From NCBI GenBank assembly GCA_947651395.1, contig CANSYW010000010.1, positions 3,182-67,181 on the forward strand: DNA of 64,000 bases, written 5' to 3'. This stretch comes from an uncultured Pseudoflavonifractor sp. Its GTDB lineage: Bacteria; Bacillota; Clostridia; Oscillospirales; Oscillospiraceae. The notes under the pieces are model-generated. The model was not told the origin of the DNA. It was given only the letters and a program-made list of their open reading frames with translations, and made no database searches. A program made the translations under genes and the position numbers. Shown here one piece after another: positions 45,264 through 55,589 of the stretch. Each line of letters starts with the position of its first letter. The stretch's first letter is position 1.

Positions 45264-46352
45264 ATGTCCTTTGTTTTACCGGAATATCACGCCCCCGATT
45301 TCACCCTTCCCCGATTTCGGGCCGCTCCCCAGGCCCGTTTTCTTCCCGCCCCCCGGGACACCGTGGCTCCGGAGGGATATCACGCCACCAGCATCTTCCC
45401 CGAGTATTTTCATGTGGACGGAGCCTGGCTTTTGGCGGAGGAGAGCCGCATGGACTGCGTGCCCGTTCTGGCCGAAGGGCGCATTCAGGTGGTGGAATTC
45501 CGCAATCTGAAGGCCGGAGATCTGGTGGCCGTCGGCCGTACGGAGGACGGCTCCGAGGGCATCTATGTCCACCCTGACGGCTTTTCCCGACCCGGAGCCG
45601 ACACGGAGCTGTTTGGCTTCCGCCAGGGCAGAAGCCGGGAGACCGCCTACTCGGCAGATTACGACTTCCTCTACCAGCTCCTGCGCCACGAACGGCAGCA
45701 CGGGCGTATCCTGTGGGTGCTTGGCCCCGCCTGTGCCTTTGACGCCGACGCCAGAGCCGCCTTTGCCGCCCTCATTCGCTCCGGCTATGTCCACGGGCTG
45801 ATGGCGGGCAACGCCCTGGCCACCCACGACCTGGAGGCCGGGTATCTCCACACCGCCCTGGGCCAGGACATCTACACCCAGGAGAGCCGGCCAAACGGCC
45901 ACTACCACCACATCGACACCATCAACGCCGTCCGGTCGGCCGGCTCCATTCCCGCCTTCATTGAAAGCGGCGCGGTGAAAGACGGCATCATCTACGAGTG
46001 CGTGAAGAAGGGCGTCCCTTTTGTGCTGGCGGGCTCCATCCGGGACGACGGCCCGCTGCCGGAGGTCTACGCCGACGTCTACGCCGCCCAGGACGCCATG
46101 CGCGCCCAGGTGCGGCAGGCCACCACCGTCATCTGCATGGCCTCCGCCCTCCACACCATCGCCACCGGGAACATGGCCCCCTCCTACCGGGTGGCGGAGG
46201 GGGTGGTGCGGCCCCTCTACTTCTACTCGGTGGACGTTTCCGAGTTTGCCGTCAACAAGCTCCGGGATCGGGGCAGCCTGGCGGTGAAGACCATCGTCAC
46301 CAATGTCCAGGACTTTGTGGTCCATGTGAGCAAGGGCACAGGCGCCCAGTAA
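45264..46352 (+). CDS. LOR/SDH-conserved-region (TIGR00300-like) protein, putative ornithine cyclodeaminase
   Basis: APEGYHATSIFP, RMDC, GNALATHDLE, FVLAGSIRDDGPLP, LHTIATGNM, KLRDRGS motifs. Confidence 0.8.
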   Translation: MSFVLPEYHAPDFTLPRFRAAPQARFLPAPRDTVAPEGYHATSIFPEYFHVDGAWLLAEESRMDCVPVLAEGRIQVVEFRNLKAGDLVAVGRTEDGSEGIYVHPDGFSRPGADTELFGFRQGRSRETAYSADYDFLYQLLRHERQHGRILWVLGPACAFDADARAAFAALIRSGYVHGLMAGNALATHDLEAGYLHTALGQDIYTQESRPNGHYHHIDTINAVRSAGSIPAFIESGAVKDGIIYECVKKGVPFVLAGSIRDDGPLPEVYADVYAAQDAMRAQVRQATTVICMASALHTIATGNMAPSYRVAEGVVRPLYFYSVDVSEFAVNKLRDRGSLAVKTIVTNVQDFVVHVSKGTGAQ

Positions 46353-46364
46353 AAAACGGCGTGA

Positions 46365-46400
46365 AAAAAGGGGCGGCCCCCAGGGCCGCCCCTTCCCTTT
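46365..46400. terminator. Terminator between convergent genes
   Basis: aagggcggccc / gggccgccc stem with A and T tails. Confidence 0.7.
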
Positions 46401-46405
46401 TCCCT

Positions 46406-47032
46406 TTATTGCTTTCCGGTGATGGCCCGGAGGATCACATGGAAGCCGTCCTTCAAAAAGGTCTCCTTGTCCTTGCCTGTCTGGGCAGCCACAAGCTCCC
46501 CGGCATGGTCGGCCATATGGATCATTCCGGACACGCTGGCCCAGAACAGGAGCACCAGCTCCATCTGATCCTCCTCCCCGGTCACCGCTCCGGCGGATCT
46601 GCCGCGCTCCAGGAAGGCGGCCAGCTCCTTACAGAACTCCTGAACGGCCCGGCGTACATCCTGGTCTCCCTTGCCCTCTCCCGCTCCGGCAGCGCCTATT
46701 ACCGCCTCATAGGCGGCGGGATTTTCCATGTAAAAGCCAAGGATGGCCTGGCAGACCGCGTCATAGGCCCCGTACCAGTCCTCATTGCTCTCAATGGCCT
46801 GGTGGACCCGCTTTTTCAGCATGGCAAGCCCGTTGAGGAGAATGGCTCCCACGATCTCCTCCTTGCTCTGGAAATAGACATAGAGGGTGGCCTTGCTGTA
46901 CTCAGCCTCCCTGGCGATGTCGTCCATGGTAGTGCCCTCTGTTCCTTTTTCGGCAAACAACCGCTCCGCCGCGGCCAAAATGGACCCTCGATGATACTCC
47001 GCCAGCGCCTGACGCTTTCCCATTTCCACCAC
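46406..47032 (-). CDS. TetR/AcrR-family regulator
   Basis: ILAAAERLFAEKG..TTMDDIAREAEYSKATLYVYFQSKEE. Confidence 0.93.
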   Translation of the reverse strand: MVEMGKRQALAEYHRGSILAAAERLFAEKGTEGTTMDDIAREAEYSKATLYVYFQSKEEIVGAILLNGLAMLKKRVHQAIESNEDWYGAYDAVCQAILGFYMENPAAYEAVIGAAGAGEGKGDQDVRRAVQEFCKELAAFLERGRSAGAVTGEEDQMELVLLFWASVSGMIHMADHAGELVAAQTGKDKETFLKDGFHVILRAITGKQ

Positions 47033-47098
47033 TCCTTTCTGTCAAAGCTATTTCTTTCACAAGAAAAATAATAGCACAGATCTTTTCCCCTTGCAACC

Positions 47099-48478
47099 TC
47101 AAATTCCCAGCAATCCATTGGCGATCTGAAAATAGATCAGCAGAGACAGGGCGTCTACAATGGTGGTGATAAAGGGGCTGGCCATCACCGCCGGATCGAA
47201 GCCCAGCTTTTTCGCCAGCATGGGCAGACAGCAGCCCACCAGCTTGGCGCAGATCACCGTAAAGGCCAGCGTCAGACACACCACCAGGGCCACCCCCGTG
47301 GTCACATTGGGGTTGCCCAGCAGCATGATGTCGATGAATTGGATCTTCGCGAAGTTCACCACGCCCAAGGTGGCCGCGCACAAAAGGGCCACCCGCAGCT
47401 CCTTCCACAGCACCTTGGGCAGATCGGCAAATTCCAGATCGCCGATGGAGATGGCCCGGATCACGGTGACTGAGGCCTGCGATCCCGTATTGCCGCCGGT
47501 ATCCATCAGCATGGGGATAAAGGCGGTAAGGGCCACCCAGCGGGCCAGGGCGGACTCAAAGGAGGCGATAATGAAGCCTGTAAAGGCGGCCGAGATCATC
47601 AGCAACATGAGCCACGGGATACGGGCCTTCCAGATCTCAAAGGGCGTCATTTTCAGATAGGGCTTATCCGTGGGGGTGATGGCCGCCATCTTCTCAATGT
47701 CCTCGGTGGCCTCCTCCTCCATGACGTCCATCACGTCGTCCACCGTGACAACGCCCACCAGCCGCCCCTCCTGATCCACCACGGGCAGGGAGATAAAGTC
47801 ATAGCGCATGATGCGCTGAACGGCCTCCTCCTGATCCTCGGTGGTGTAGGCCACGATCACGTCGTCGGACATGACCTCCTCCACCAGCTGATCGTCCCGG
47901 GCCACCAGCAGCTCCCGCAGGGTGATGACCCCCTCCAGGATCCGGCGGCTTCCTGTGACATAACAGGTGTAGATGGACTCACTGTCCTCACAGCGCGCCC
48001 GGATCCGGGCGATGGCCTGCGCCACCGTCATGGACTTTTTCAGATCGGTGACCTCGGCGGTCATAATGGAGCCCACCGAATTTTCCGGATAGTTCAGAAA
48101 CTGATTGATCACCTTCCGGGTGCTGGGGCTGGCGTTTTTCAGCACCCGGGTCACCACGTTGGCGGGCAGTTCCTCCAGCATGTCCACCACATCGTCCACA
48201 TAGAGCTCCTCCACCAGCTCGGTGATCTCCCGGTCGGTGATAGAGGCGATGATGGTCTGCTGCTTCTCCGGCTCCAAGTTGGTGAAGATATCGGAGGCCA
48301 CCTCCTTGGGCAGCATCCGAAACAGCACCACAGTCCGCTCAGGGCTCAGTTCCGCCATAAATTCCGCCACGTCGACCTCATTGGCCTCCGTGAGGGCGGT
48401 CTTCAGATCCCGGAGCTTTTTGTCCCCAAGCAACTCATTCCATTGCCTGAGCTGCTCCTCCCGCTCCATATTCTCCAT
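47099..48478 (-). CDS. mgtE: Magnesium transporter MgtE
   Basis: N-domain, CBS pair, RIPWL, DTGGNTGSQA, DPAVMASPFITTIVD. Confidence 0.97.
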   Translation of the reverse strand: MENMEREEQLRQWNELLGDKKLRDLKTALTEANEVDVAEFMAELSPERTVVLFRMLPKEVASDIFTNLEPEKQQTIIASITDREITELVEELYVDDVVDMLEELPANVVTRVLKNASPSTRKVINQFLNYPENSVGSIMTAEVTDLKKSMTVAQAIARIRARCEDSESIYTCYVTGSRRILEGVITLRELLVARDDQLVEEVMSDDVIVAYTTEDQEEAVQRIMRYDFISLPVVDQEGRLVGVVTVDDVMDVMEEEATEDIEKMAAITPTDKPYLKMTPFEIWKARIPWLMLLMISAAFTGFIIASFESALARWVALTAFIPMLMDTGGNTGSQASVTVIRAISIGDLEFADLPKVLWKELRVALLCAATLGVVNFAKIQFIDIMLLGNPNVTTGVALVVCLTLAFTVICAKLVGCCLPMLAKKLGFDPAVMASPFITTIVDALSLLIYFQIANGLLGI

Positions 48479-48528
48479 GGTCCCACCTCCCCTCCTGTGT
48501 CCGTCGGAGGGATATAAGGGGGCTCATA

Positions 48529-49944
48529 TCACGCTCCGCTGTTCAATTCCTTCTGCCCCTGCTCCATCCGTTTCATCTTCCGCAAAAAGCCGGTGGACAA
48601 GGGAATGGCCAGCAGGAAGGTGCAGAGATCGGCTATAGGCTGCGCCGTGATCACCCCGTCAAACTGCCATATCCGGGGCAGGATCAGGATCAGGGGGATA
48701 AAAAACAGTCCCTGGCGGGTCATGGCCAGCGCCGAGGCTCTGGCATTCTCCCCCACGGTCTGAAGCATCATATTGTTGATGATGATATAGGACGCCAAGG
48801 GCAGCGTGAGCATATAGCACCGAAGGGCCTTGGCCCCCAGGGCCACCACCTCCGGATCCCCCGGCTGGAACCATGTGACAATGGCCGTGGCAAAGGTCAT
48901 GACCAGGGCGGCGATGGCCACCAGGCCCACAACGCCGACCTTGATACAAAACCAATAGCCCCTGCGCACCCGGTCATAGAGCCCCGCGCCGTAGTTGAAG
49001 CCGCACACCGGCTGAAAGCCCTGACCAAAGCCGATAAGGGCCGAACCGGAAAACATGCCCACCTTGCTGACAATGCCCATGGCGGCAATGGCGGCGTCCC
49101 CAAAGGGCTTGGCCGCCCAGTTGAGGAGGATGGAGGCCACCGAGGCCAGCCCTTGCCGGTAGAAGGAGGGCAGGCCGCCCCGCAGGATCACGCCCAGCCC
49201 TCCGCCCCGAAGCTTGAAACGGCTCCAGCGTACGGAAAGCGTCCCGCTGCGGCCACAGCTGACCAGCAGGATCAGAAAGCTCACCAGCTGGCTGATGATG
49301 GTGGCCTGGGCCGCGCCCCCCACTCCCTGATCCAGGACGAAAATGAAGATGGGATCCAGCACCATATTCAGAATACCGCCGGTGGTAATGCCCACCATGG
49401 CGTAGGTGGCGCTGCCCTCAAAGCGCAGCAGGTTATTGAGCACGATGGAGCCGATCATCCAGGGGGCCCCGATGAGGATATAGCTGGCGTAGTCCCGGGC
49501 GTAGGGCAGGATGGTGTCCGTTGCCCCCAAAAGGCCCACCAGCGGCTCCAGGAACAAAAGGCCCAGTACCGTCACCACCACGCCGGACAGCACACCGGAA
49601 AAGAAGCCGGTGGCCGCCACCGTCTCCGCCTCCTCCTGACACTTCTGGCCCAGAAGCCGGGAGATATAGTTCCCTGTCCCGTTTCCAAAGGTAAAGCCGA
49701 TGGCCTGGATGATGGCCATGAGGGAGAACACCACCCCCACCGCCCCCTGGGCGCTGGTGCCCAGATTGCCCACAAAGTAGGTGTCCGCCATGTTGTAAAT
49801 AGAGGTGATGAGCATGGAGATAATGGTGGGCACCGCCAGCCGTCCCACCAGGCCCGGAATGGGTGCGGTGGTAAGCCATTGATGTTTTTCTTCCGGATTC
49901 GTGAATTTCGGCATCTGTGTTATTCCTTCTCTCATCTTTAGCAT
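48529..49944 (-). CDS. MATE efflux transporter (MepA-like)
   Basis: PTIISMLITSIYNMADTYFV, NMVLDPIFIF, GFQPVCGFNYGA; start may be 49914. Confidence 0.93.
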   Translation of the reverse strand: MLKMREGITQMPKFTNPEEKHQWLTTAPIPGLVGRLAVPTIISMLITSIYNMADTYFVGNLGTSAQGAVGVVFSLMAIIQAIGFTFGNGTGNYISRLLGQKCQEEAETVAATGFFSGVLSGVVVTVLGLLFLEPLVGLLGATDTILPYARDYASYILIGAPWMIGSIVLNNLLRFEGSATYAMVGITTGGILNMVLDPIFIFVLDQGVGGAAQATIISQLVSFLILLVSCGRSGTLSVRWSRFKLRGGGLGVILRGGLPSFYRQGLASVASILLNWAAKPFGDAAIAAMGIVSKVGMFSGSALIGFGQGFQPVCGFNYGAGLYDRVRRGYWFCIKVGVVGLVAIAALVMTFATAIVTWFQPGDPEVVALGAKALRCYMLTLPLASYIIINNMMLQTVGENARASALAMTRQGLFFIPLILILPRIWQFDGVITAQPIADLCTFLLAIPLSTGFLRKMKRMEQGQKELNSGA

Positions 49945-50057
49945 ATTTTTATCAGTATACCATCATTTCCCCCGCAATGCAAACCTCTCGGCCTCCATCC
50001 TTCCCTTTTTTCTCAAAATATGCTAAGATGATAAAAACAGGTTCCCTGAGGTGACAA

Positions 50058-51224
50058 ATGATGATAAAACTATACGAAGCCGACCCCTATCTGACCCTTT
50101 TTTCCGCTCAGGTAGTCTCCTGTAACCAGGGAAAAAAGGGTTATGACGTCATCCTGGATCAGACCGCCTTCTATCCGGAGGGGGGCGGCCAGCCTTACGA
50201 CACCGGCCTTCTGGGCGGAGCCCGTGTACTGGAGGTCCATGAACGGGAGGGGCAGGTGGTCCACACCTGCGACGGCCCTCTGGAGCCCGGGAGCCGGGTG
50301 GAGGGCTCCATCGACTGGCCCCGTCGCTTCGACCTGATGCAGCATCACTCCGGAGAGCACATCGTCTCCGGCATCGCCCACGCCAAGTGGGGCTGCGACA
50401 ATGTGGGCTTCCATATGGGCGCCGACGTGATCACCATCGACCTGAACATACTTCTGGACGAGGGGCAGCTCCGGGAGCTGGAGGAGGCGACCAACCGCTA
50501 TATCTGGCGGGACGCCCCGGTGGAGATCACCTACCCCTCCTCCGATGAGCTGGAAAAGCTGAACTATCGGAGTAAAAAGGCCCTCACCGGCCGGGTACGC
50601 ATCGTCTCCTTCCCCGGGGCCGACACCTGCGCCTGCTGCGGCACCCACATCTCCTCCGCCGGACAGATCGGGCTGGTCAAGCTCCTCTCGGCACAGAAAT
50701 TCCGGGAGGGTGTGCGCATCGAGCTCATATGCGGAGGCAGGGCCCTGAGGTACATGGACGCCCTCCTCACGCAAAACCGCCGCATCATGAACCTCCTCTC
50801 CGCCAAGCCCTTTGAGACCGACCGGGCGGTGGAGCGGCTCCTGGAGGAGAACAACGCCCTGAAGCTGCGCATCCAGCAGATGGAAGCCCGCCGCTTTTCC
50901 GACCTGGCCCGGGAGCATGCCGGCGACGGCGACCTGCTTCTCTTTGAGGAGGGCCTCTCCCCCGACGGCCTGCGCCGGCTGTGCGACGTCATATCCCAGC
51001 AGCGCCAAGGTCTGTGCGCCTGCTTCTCCGGCACGGAGGGCGAGGGCTATAAATACGCCCTGGCCCGGCGTGGAGGCGACCTGCGCACCCTGAGCAAGAC
51101 CATGAACGAGGCCCTTCACGGCCGGGGCGGCGGCAAGCCCGACTTCGTCCAGGGCTCGGTGCAGGCCACCCGGTCGGAGATCCAGGCCTTTTTTTCCAAA
51201 GATCCCCATATTCTCTCCAACTGA
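50058..51224 (+). CDS. Alanyl-tRNA editing protein (AlaX-L) with DHHA1 domain
   Basis: TAFYPEGGGQP, HHSGEH and CCGTH zinc motifs, GRGGGK. Confidence 0.9.
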   Translation: MMIKLYEADPYLTLFSAQVVSCNQGKKGYDVILDQTAFYPEGGGQPYDTGLLGGARVLEVHEREGQVVHTCDGPLEPGSRVEGSIDWPRRFDLMQHHSGEHIVSGIAHAKWGCDNVGFHMGADVITIDLNILLDEGQLRELEEATNRYIWRDAPVEITYPSSDELEKLNYRSKKALTGRVRIVSFPGADTCACCGTHISSAGQIGLVKLLSAQKFREGVRIELICGGRALRYMDALLTQNRRIMNLLSAKPFETDRAVERLLEENNALKLRIQQMEARRFSDLAREHAGDGDLLLFEEGLSPDGLRRLCDVISQQRQGLCACFSGTEGEGYKYALARRGGDLRTLSKTMNEALHGRGGGKPDFVQGSVQATRSEIQAFFSKDPHILSN

Positions 51225-51274
51225 ACCAGCCGGGGAAGGGTCGCCCAAAACAGGGCGGCCCTTCCTATTTTTCA

Positions 51275-51303
51275 TTGACTGTCAGGGGCTGCGATGATAT
51301 AAT
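51275..51303 (+). promoter_or_regulatory. SigA promoter of the methyltransferase-ecf-truA cluster
   Basis: TTGACT-17-TATAAT with TG extension. Confidence 0.8.
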
Positions 51304-51338
51304 AGACTGAATTTTTATGAGATGGGAGGGCTTGCTCT

Positions 51339-52202
51339 ATGTGGCTGTCCGACGGCTGGAAGGATTATGAGCTCATCGACTGCGGCAGTGGGGAAAAACT
51401 GGAGCGCTGGGGAAAGTATCTTTTGGTACGCCCCGATCCCCAGGCCATCTGGCAGACTCCCCGCACCGATCCCCGCTGGCAGAAGCCTCACGGCCGGTAT
51501 GCCCGCTCGGCCACCGGCGGCGGGCAGTGGGCAAAAAAGGATGTGCCCGAACGGTGGACGGTGGATTATAAGGACCTCACCTTTAACATCAAGCCCATGA
51601 ATTTCAAGCACACCGGTCTTTTCCCCGAGCAGGGAGCCAACTGGGACTTCTGTATGGACGCCATCCGCAAGGCGGGCCGGAGCGTCTCCGTGCTCAACCT
51701 CTTCGCCTATACCGGCGCCGCCACCGTGGCCTGCGCCGCGGCGGGGGCCAGCGTGTGTCATGTGGACGCCGCCAGGGGCATGGTGGCCTGGGCCAAGGAA
51801 AACGCCCAGTCCTCCGGGGTGGCGGAGAAGCCCATCCGCTGGATCGTGGATGACTGCGCTAAATTTGCCCAGCGGGAGATCCGCCGGGGCCACACCTATG
51901 ACGGCATCATTATGGATCCCCCCTCCTACGGCCGCGGCCCCTCCGGAGAGATCTGGAAGCTGGAGGAGAACCTGTGGCCCTTTGTGGAGCTGGTGGCCCA
52001 ACTGCTCTCTGACGCGCCCCTCTTCTTCCTCATCAACACCTACACCACCGGCCTGGCCCCCTCGGTACTGACCTATATCCTGGAGACCCTGGTCACCAAG
52101 CGGTTCGGCGGCCACACTGAGAGCCAGGAGCTGAGCCTTCCCGTGACCAGCTCCGGCCTCTTCCTCCCCTGTGGGGCCACAGGGCGGTGGATGGCAGAAT
52201 AA
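51339..52202 (+). CDS. Class I SAM-dependent methyltransferase (RlmI/RlmK-like)
   Basis: KHTGLFPEQ, LNLFAYTG, DPPSYGRG. Confidence 0.9.
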   Translation: MWLSDGWKDYELIDCGSGEKLERWGKYLLVRPDPQAIWQTPRTDPRWQKPHGRYARSATGGGQWAKKDVPERWTVDYKDLTFNIKPMNFKHTGLFPEQGANWDFCMDAIRKAGRSVSVLNLFAYTGAATVACAAAGASVCHVDAARGMVAWAKENAQSSGVAEKPIRWIVDDCAKFAQREIRRGHTYDGIIMDPPSYGRGPSGEIWKLEENLWPFVELVAQLLSDAPLFFLINTYTTGLAPSVLTYILETLVTKRFGGHTESQELSLPVTSSGLFLPCGATGRWMAE

Positions 52203-52214
52203 AAGGAGCCTTTT

Positions 52215-53063
52215 ATGGAAAATCCCATCCTCAAAACCGAATCCCTCACCTTCTCCTACCCCGCTGAGGAGGGCTCCAAGCTGGTGCTGGAGGGCGTGGA
52301 TCTGGAGATTCAGGCAGGCTCCTTTGTGGCCATCCTGGGCCACAACGGTTCGGGAAAATCCACTCTGGCCAAGCATATGAACGCCATTCTCCTCCCCTCC
52401 GGGGGCAAGGTCTATGTGGCGGGTATGGACACTACCGACGAGGAAAAGCTGCTGGCCATCCGCCGCACGGTGGGCATGGTCTTCCAGAACCCGGACAATC
52501 AGATCGTGGCCAACGTGGTGGAGGAGGACTGCGCCTTCGGCCCCGAGAATCTGGGGGTACCCTCTGACGAAATCCGCAAGCTGGTGGACGACTCCCTGCG
52601 GGTGGTGGGGATGTACGACTACCGCCGGCATGCCCCCCACCTCCTCTCCGGCGGGCAGAAGCAGCGCATCGCCATTGCCGGTGTGCTGGCCATGAAGCCC
52701 CGGTGCGTGGTGCTGGACGAGCCCACCGCCATGCTGGATCCCATCGGCCGCCGGGAAGTGCTGGAGACCGTCAAGGCCCTCAATGAGAGCCAGGGGGTCA
52801 CCGTGGTACTCATCACACACCACATGGACGAGGCCGCCCAGGCCGGACGGCTCATTGTCATGTCGGAGGGGAAGGTCATCTCCGACGGGCCTCCCCGGCA
52901 GGTCTTCCAACAGGTGGAGCTGCTCCGATCCGTGGGCCTCGCCGTGCCCGAGACGGTAGAGCTGCTGTATGAACTGAATCAGGAGGGCTTCTCCCTCCCT
53001 CTGGACGCCCTCTCCGACGAGGCGTGCGCCCAAACGCTCTATCAACTTCTCAGTAAGGACTGA
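52215..53063 (+). CDS. ecfA1: ECF transporter ATPase EcfA1
   Basis: [32 protein letters not shown]. Confidence 0.95.
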   Translation: MENPILKTESLTFSYPAEEGSKLVLEGVDLEIQAGSFVAILGHNGSGKSTLAKHMNAILLPSGGKVYVAGMDTTDEEKLLAIRRTVGMVFQNPDNQIVANVVEEDCAFGPENLGVPSDEIRKLVDDSLRVVGMYDYRRHAPHLLSGGQKQRIAIAGVLAMKPRCVVLDEPTAMLDPIGRREVLETVKALNESQGVTVVLITHHMDEAAQAGRLIVMSEGKVISDGPPRQVFQQVELLRSVGLAVPETVELLYELNQEGFSLPLDALSDEACAQTLYQLLSKD

Positions 53064-53070
53064 CGCTGTT

Positions 53071-53940
53071 TTGACTTCTCCCATTATCCAAACCGAAAAG
53101 CTCTGCCACACCTATTCCGCCGGGACGCCCTTTGAGCACCGGGCGCTGATCGATGTGGATTTTCGCGCCTATCCGGGAGAGCTGCTGGGGATCATCGGCC
53201 ACACCGGCTCGGGAAAATCCACCCTCATCCAGCACCTCAACGGCCTTCTGAAGCCCACCTCCGGCAGGGTGCTGGTGGAGGACAGGGACATCTGGGAGAG
53301 CAAAGCCGCCACCCGGCAGGCCCGGTTTCGGGTGGGACTGGTGTTCCAGTATCCGGAATACCAGCTCTTTGAAGAGACCGTCTACAAGGATATCTCCTTT
53401 GGCCCCCGGAACATGGGCCTGGATGAAAAGGAGATCGACCGCCGGGTGCGGCAGGCCGCCGCTTTTGTGGGGCTGCCCGACAAGGTGCTGGATCAGTCCC
53501 CCTTCGAGCTCTCCGGCGGTCAGAAGCGTCGGGTGGCCATCGCCGGAGTCATTGCCATGGAGCCCGCCGTCCTCATTCTGGACGAGCCCACCGCCGGACT
53601 GGATCCCATCGGGGTGGCGCAGATCATGGACAATATCCGAGACTACCACGCAGCCAAAAACGCCGCCATCATCGTCATCTCCCACTCCATGGAGGAAATG
53701 GCCCGCCGGGTGGATCGTCTGGTGGTGGTCAACGACGGCCGCATCCCTCTGGACGGCTCCCCCCGGGAGGTCTTTGCCCACAGGGCGGAGCTGGAGGCCA
53801 TGGGCCTGGGCGTTCCCCGGATGACCCGTGTGTTCCAGCGTCTGAAGGCCCTGGGCGCCGACGTGGACTCCTCTGTCTATACCGTGGAGCAGGCCAAAGA
53901 AGCCTTTCTGTCCGCGTTCAGAAGAAAGGGGGCAATGTAA
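53071..53940 (+). CDS. ecfA2: ECF transporter ATPase EcfA2
   Basis: GTPFE, GHTGSGKS, FQYPEYQLFEE, SPFELSGGQKRR. Confidence 0.95.
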   Translation: MTSPIIQTEKLCHTYSAGTPFEHRALIDVDFRAYPGELLGIIGHTGSGKSTLIQHLNGLLKPTSGRVLVEDRDIWESKAATRQARFRVGLVFQYPEYQLFEETVYKDISFGPRNMGLDEKEIDRRVRQAAAFVGLPDKVLDQSPFELSGGQKRRVAIAGVIAMEPAVLILDEPTAGLDPIGVAQIMDNIRDYHAAKNAAIIVISHSMEEMARRVDRLVVVNDGRIPLDGSPREVFAHRAELEAMGLGVPRMTRVFQRLKALGADVDSSVYTVEQAKEAFLSAFRRKGAM

Positions 53941-54755
53941 TGGCCCTCAAGGATATTACCCTGGGACAGTACTTCCCCGGCGATACCCTCCTCCACCGGC
54001 TGGATCCCCGCACAAAGATCCTGCTGGCAGTCTTCTACATCGTAGCCCTCTTTATGGCAAGGAATGCCCTGGGCTATGCCTTGCTGGCGCTGAGCCTCAT
54101 CGTCGCCATCCTCATCTCCCGTGTGGGCTTTCAGGCGGTGTTCCGCGGGATGAAGCCGGTGTTCTTCATTGTGGTCTTCACCGCCGTACTCAACCTGGTC
54201 TATACCCCCGGCGCCGGAGAGCCCCTGGTGGCTTTCTGGATCGTCAGGATCTACTGGGAGGGCGTCCGTACCGCCTTCTTCATGGTGCTGCGCATCATGC
54301 TCCTGATCACCTGCACCTTCCTTTTGACCTATACCACCTCCCCCATTCTCCTCACCGACGCCCTGGAGACTCTGCTGGGGCCCCTGAAAAGGCTCCGCAT
54401 ACCCGTCCATGAGCTGGCCATGATGATGTCCATCGCCCTGCGGTTCATCCCCACCCTGATCGAGGAGACCGACAAGATCATGTCCGCCCAAAAGGCCCGG
54501 GGGGCCGACTTTGAATCGGGCAACCTCCTCCAGCGGGCCAAGGCCCTCATCCCCCTGCTCGTCCCTTTGTTTATCTCCGCCTTCCGCCGGGCCGACGAGC
54601 TGGCTGTGGCCATGGAGTGCCGGTGCTATCACGGCGGAGAGGGCCGCACCCGGATGCGTCAGCTCAGGTATGTGGGGCGGGACTACGCCGCCCTGGTCCT
54701 CGGCCTCGGTCTGTGTATCGCGGTGTGGGCGCTCAACCGGCTGGGCGTGTTCTGA
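53940..54755 (+). CDS. ecfT: ECF transporter transmembrane component EcfT
   Basis: LGQY, LDPRTK, ALRFIP, AQKARG, AMECRCY. Confidence 0.95.
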   Translation: MALKDITLGQYFPGDTLLHRLDPRTKILLAVFYIVALFMARNALGYALLALSLIVAILISRVGFQAVFRGMKPVFFIVVFTAVLNLVYTPGAGEPLVAFWIVRIYWEGVRTAFFMVLRIMLLITCTFLLTYTTSPILLTDALETLLGPLKRLRIPVHELAMMMSIALRFIPTLIEETDKIMSAQKARGADFESGNLLQRAKALIPLLVPLFISAFRRADELAVAMECRCYHGGEGRTRMRQLRYVGRDYAALVLGLGLCIAVWALNRLGVF

Positions 54756-54817
54756 GCCCTCAGGTCATGACCCCTTCCCCCTTCTTTAACCAAATCTTAA
54801 GATAAGGTTCAACATTT

Positions 54818-55588
54818 ATGAGAAATATCGCGTTAAAATTGATGTATGTGGGCACCGCCTACCACGGCTGGCAGATCCAGAACAACGCCGTCACCGTGGA
54901 AGAGGTGCTGGAAAAAGCCCTGGAAAAGGTGGTGGGCCACAAGGTCAAGTGCACCGGTGCGGGCCGCACCGACGCCGGCGTCCACGCCAAGGTCTACATC
55001 GCCAATTTCCGCACCTCCTCCACCATCCCCTGCGACCGGCTGCCCCTGGCGGTGAATACCCGCCTGCCCAAGGACATCGTGGTCACCCAGGCCCTGGAGG
55101 TCTCGGAGGGCTTCAACGCCATCTCCTCCTGTGTGAAAAAGGAATACACCTACCGCATCTACAACGCCCGGCTCCCCCACGCCTTTGAAGTGGACAGGGC
55201 CTGGTTTTACCCCTATAAAGAATTGGACGAGACCGTGATGCAGCAGGCCGCCGACTGCTTCGTGGGCACCCACGACTTCGCTGCGGTGCGCAGCGTGGGC
55301 ACCGACGTGCGATCCACCGTACGCACCGTCTACTGGTTTGACGTGGAGCGGCAGGGACGTATCCTGAGCTGCCGGGTGTGCGCCAACGGCTTTCTCTACA
55401 ATATGGTCCGGGCCATGGTGGGCACCATCGTCTATGCCGCCGAGGGGAAATTTCCCCCCCAGGAGGTCACCGATATCTTAGCGGGCAGGTGCCGTACCGA
55501 CGCGGGCCCCACCGCCCCCCCAGGGGGACTTTACATGACCCGGCTGTGGTATGATGAGCCTGGTCTGAACGAGGGGGCGCTGGAATAG
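54818..55588 (+). CDS. truA: tRNA pseudouridine(38-40) synthase
   Basis: GTAYHGWQ, GRTDAGVHA, GTHDF, FLYNMVR. Confidence 0.97.
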   Translation: MRNIALKLMYVGTAYHGWQIQNNAVTVEEVLEKALEKVVGHKVKCTGAGRTDAGVHAKVYIANFRTSSTIPCDRLPLAVNTRLPKDIVVTQALEVSEGFNAISSCVKKEYTYRIYNARLPHAFEVDRAWFYPYKELDETVMQQAADCFVGTHDFAAVRSVGTDVRSTVRTVYWFDVERQGRILSCRVCANGFLYNMVRAMVGTIVYAAEGKFPPQEVTDILAGRCRTDAGPTAPPGGLYMTRLWYDEPGLNEGALE

Positions 55589-55589
55589 A

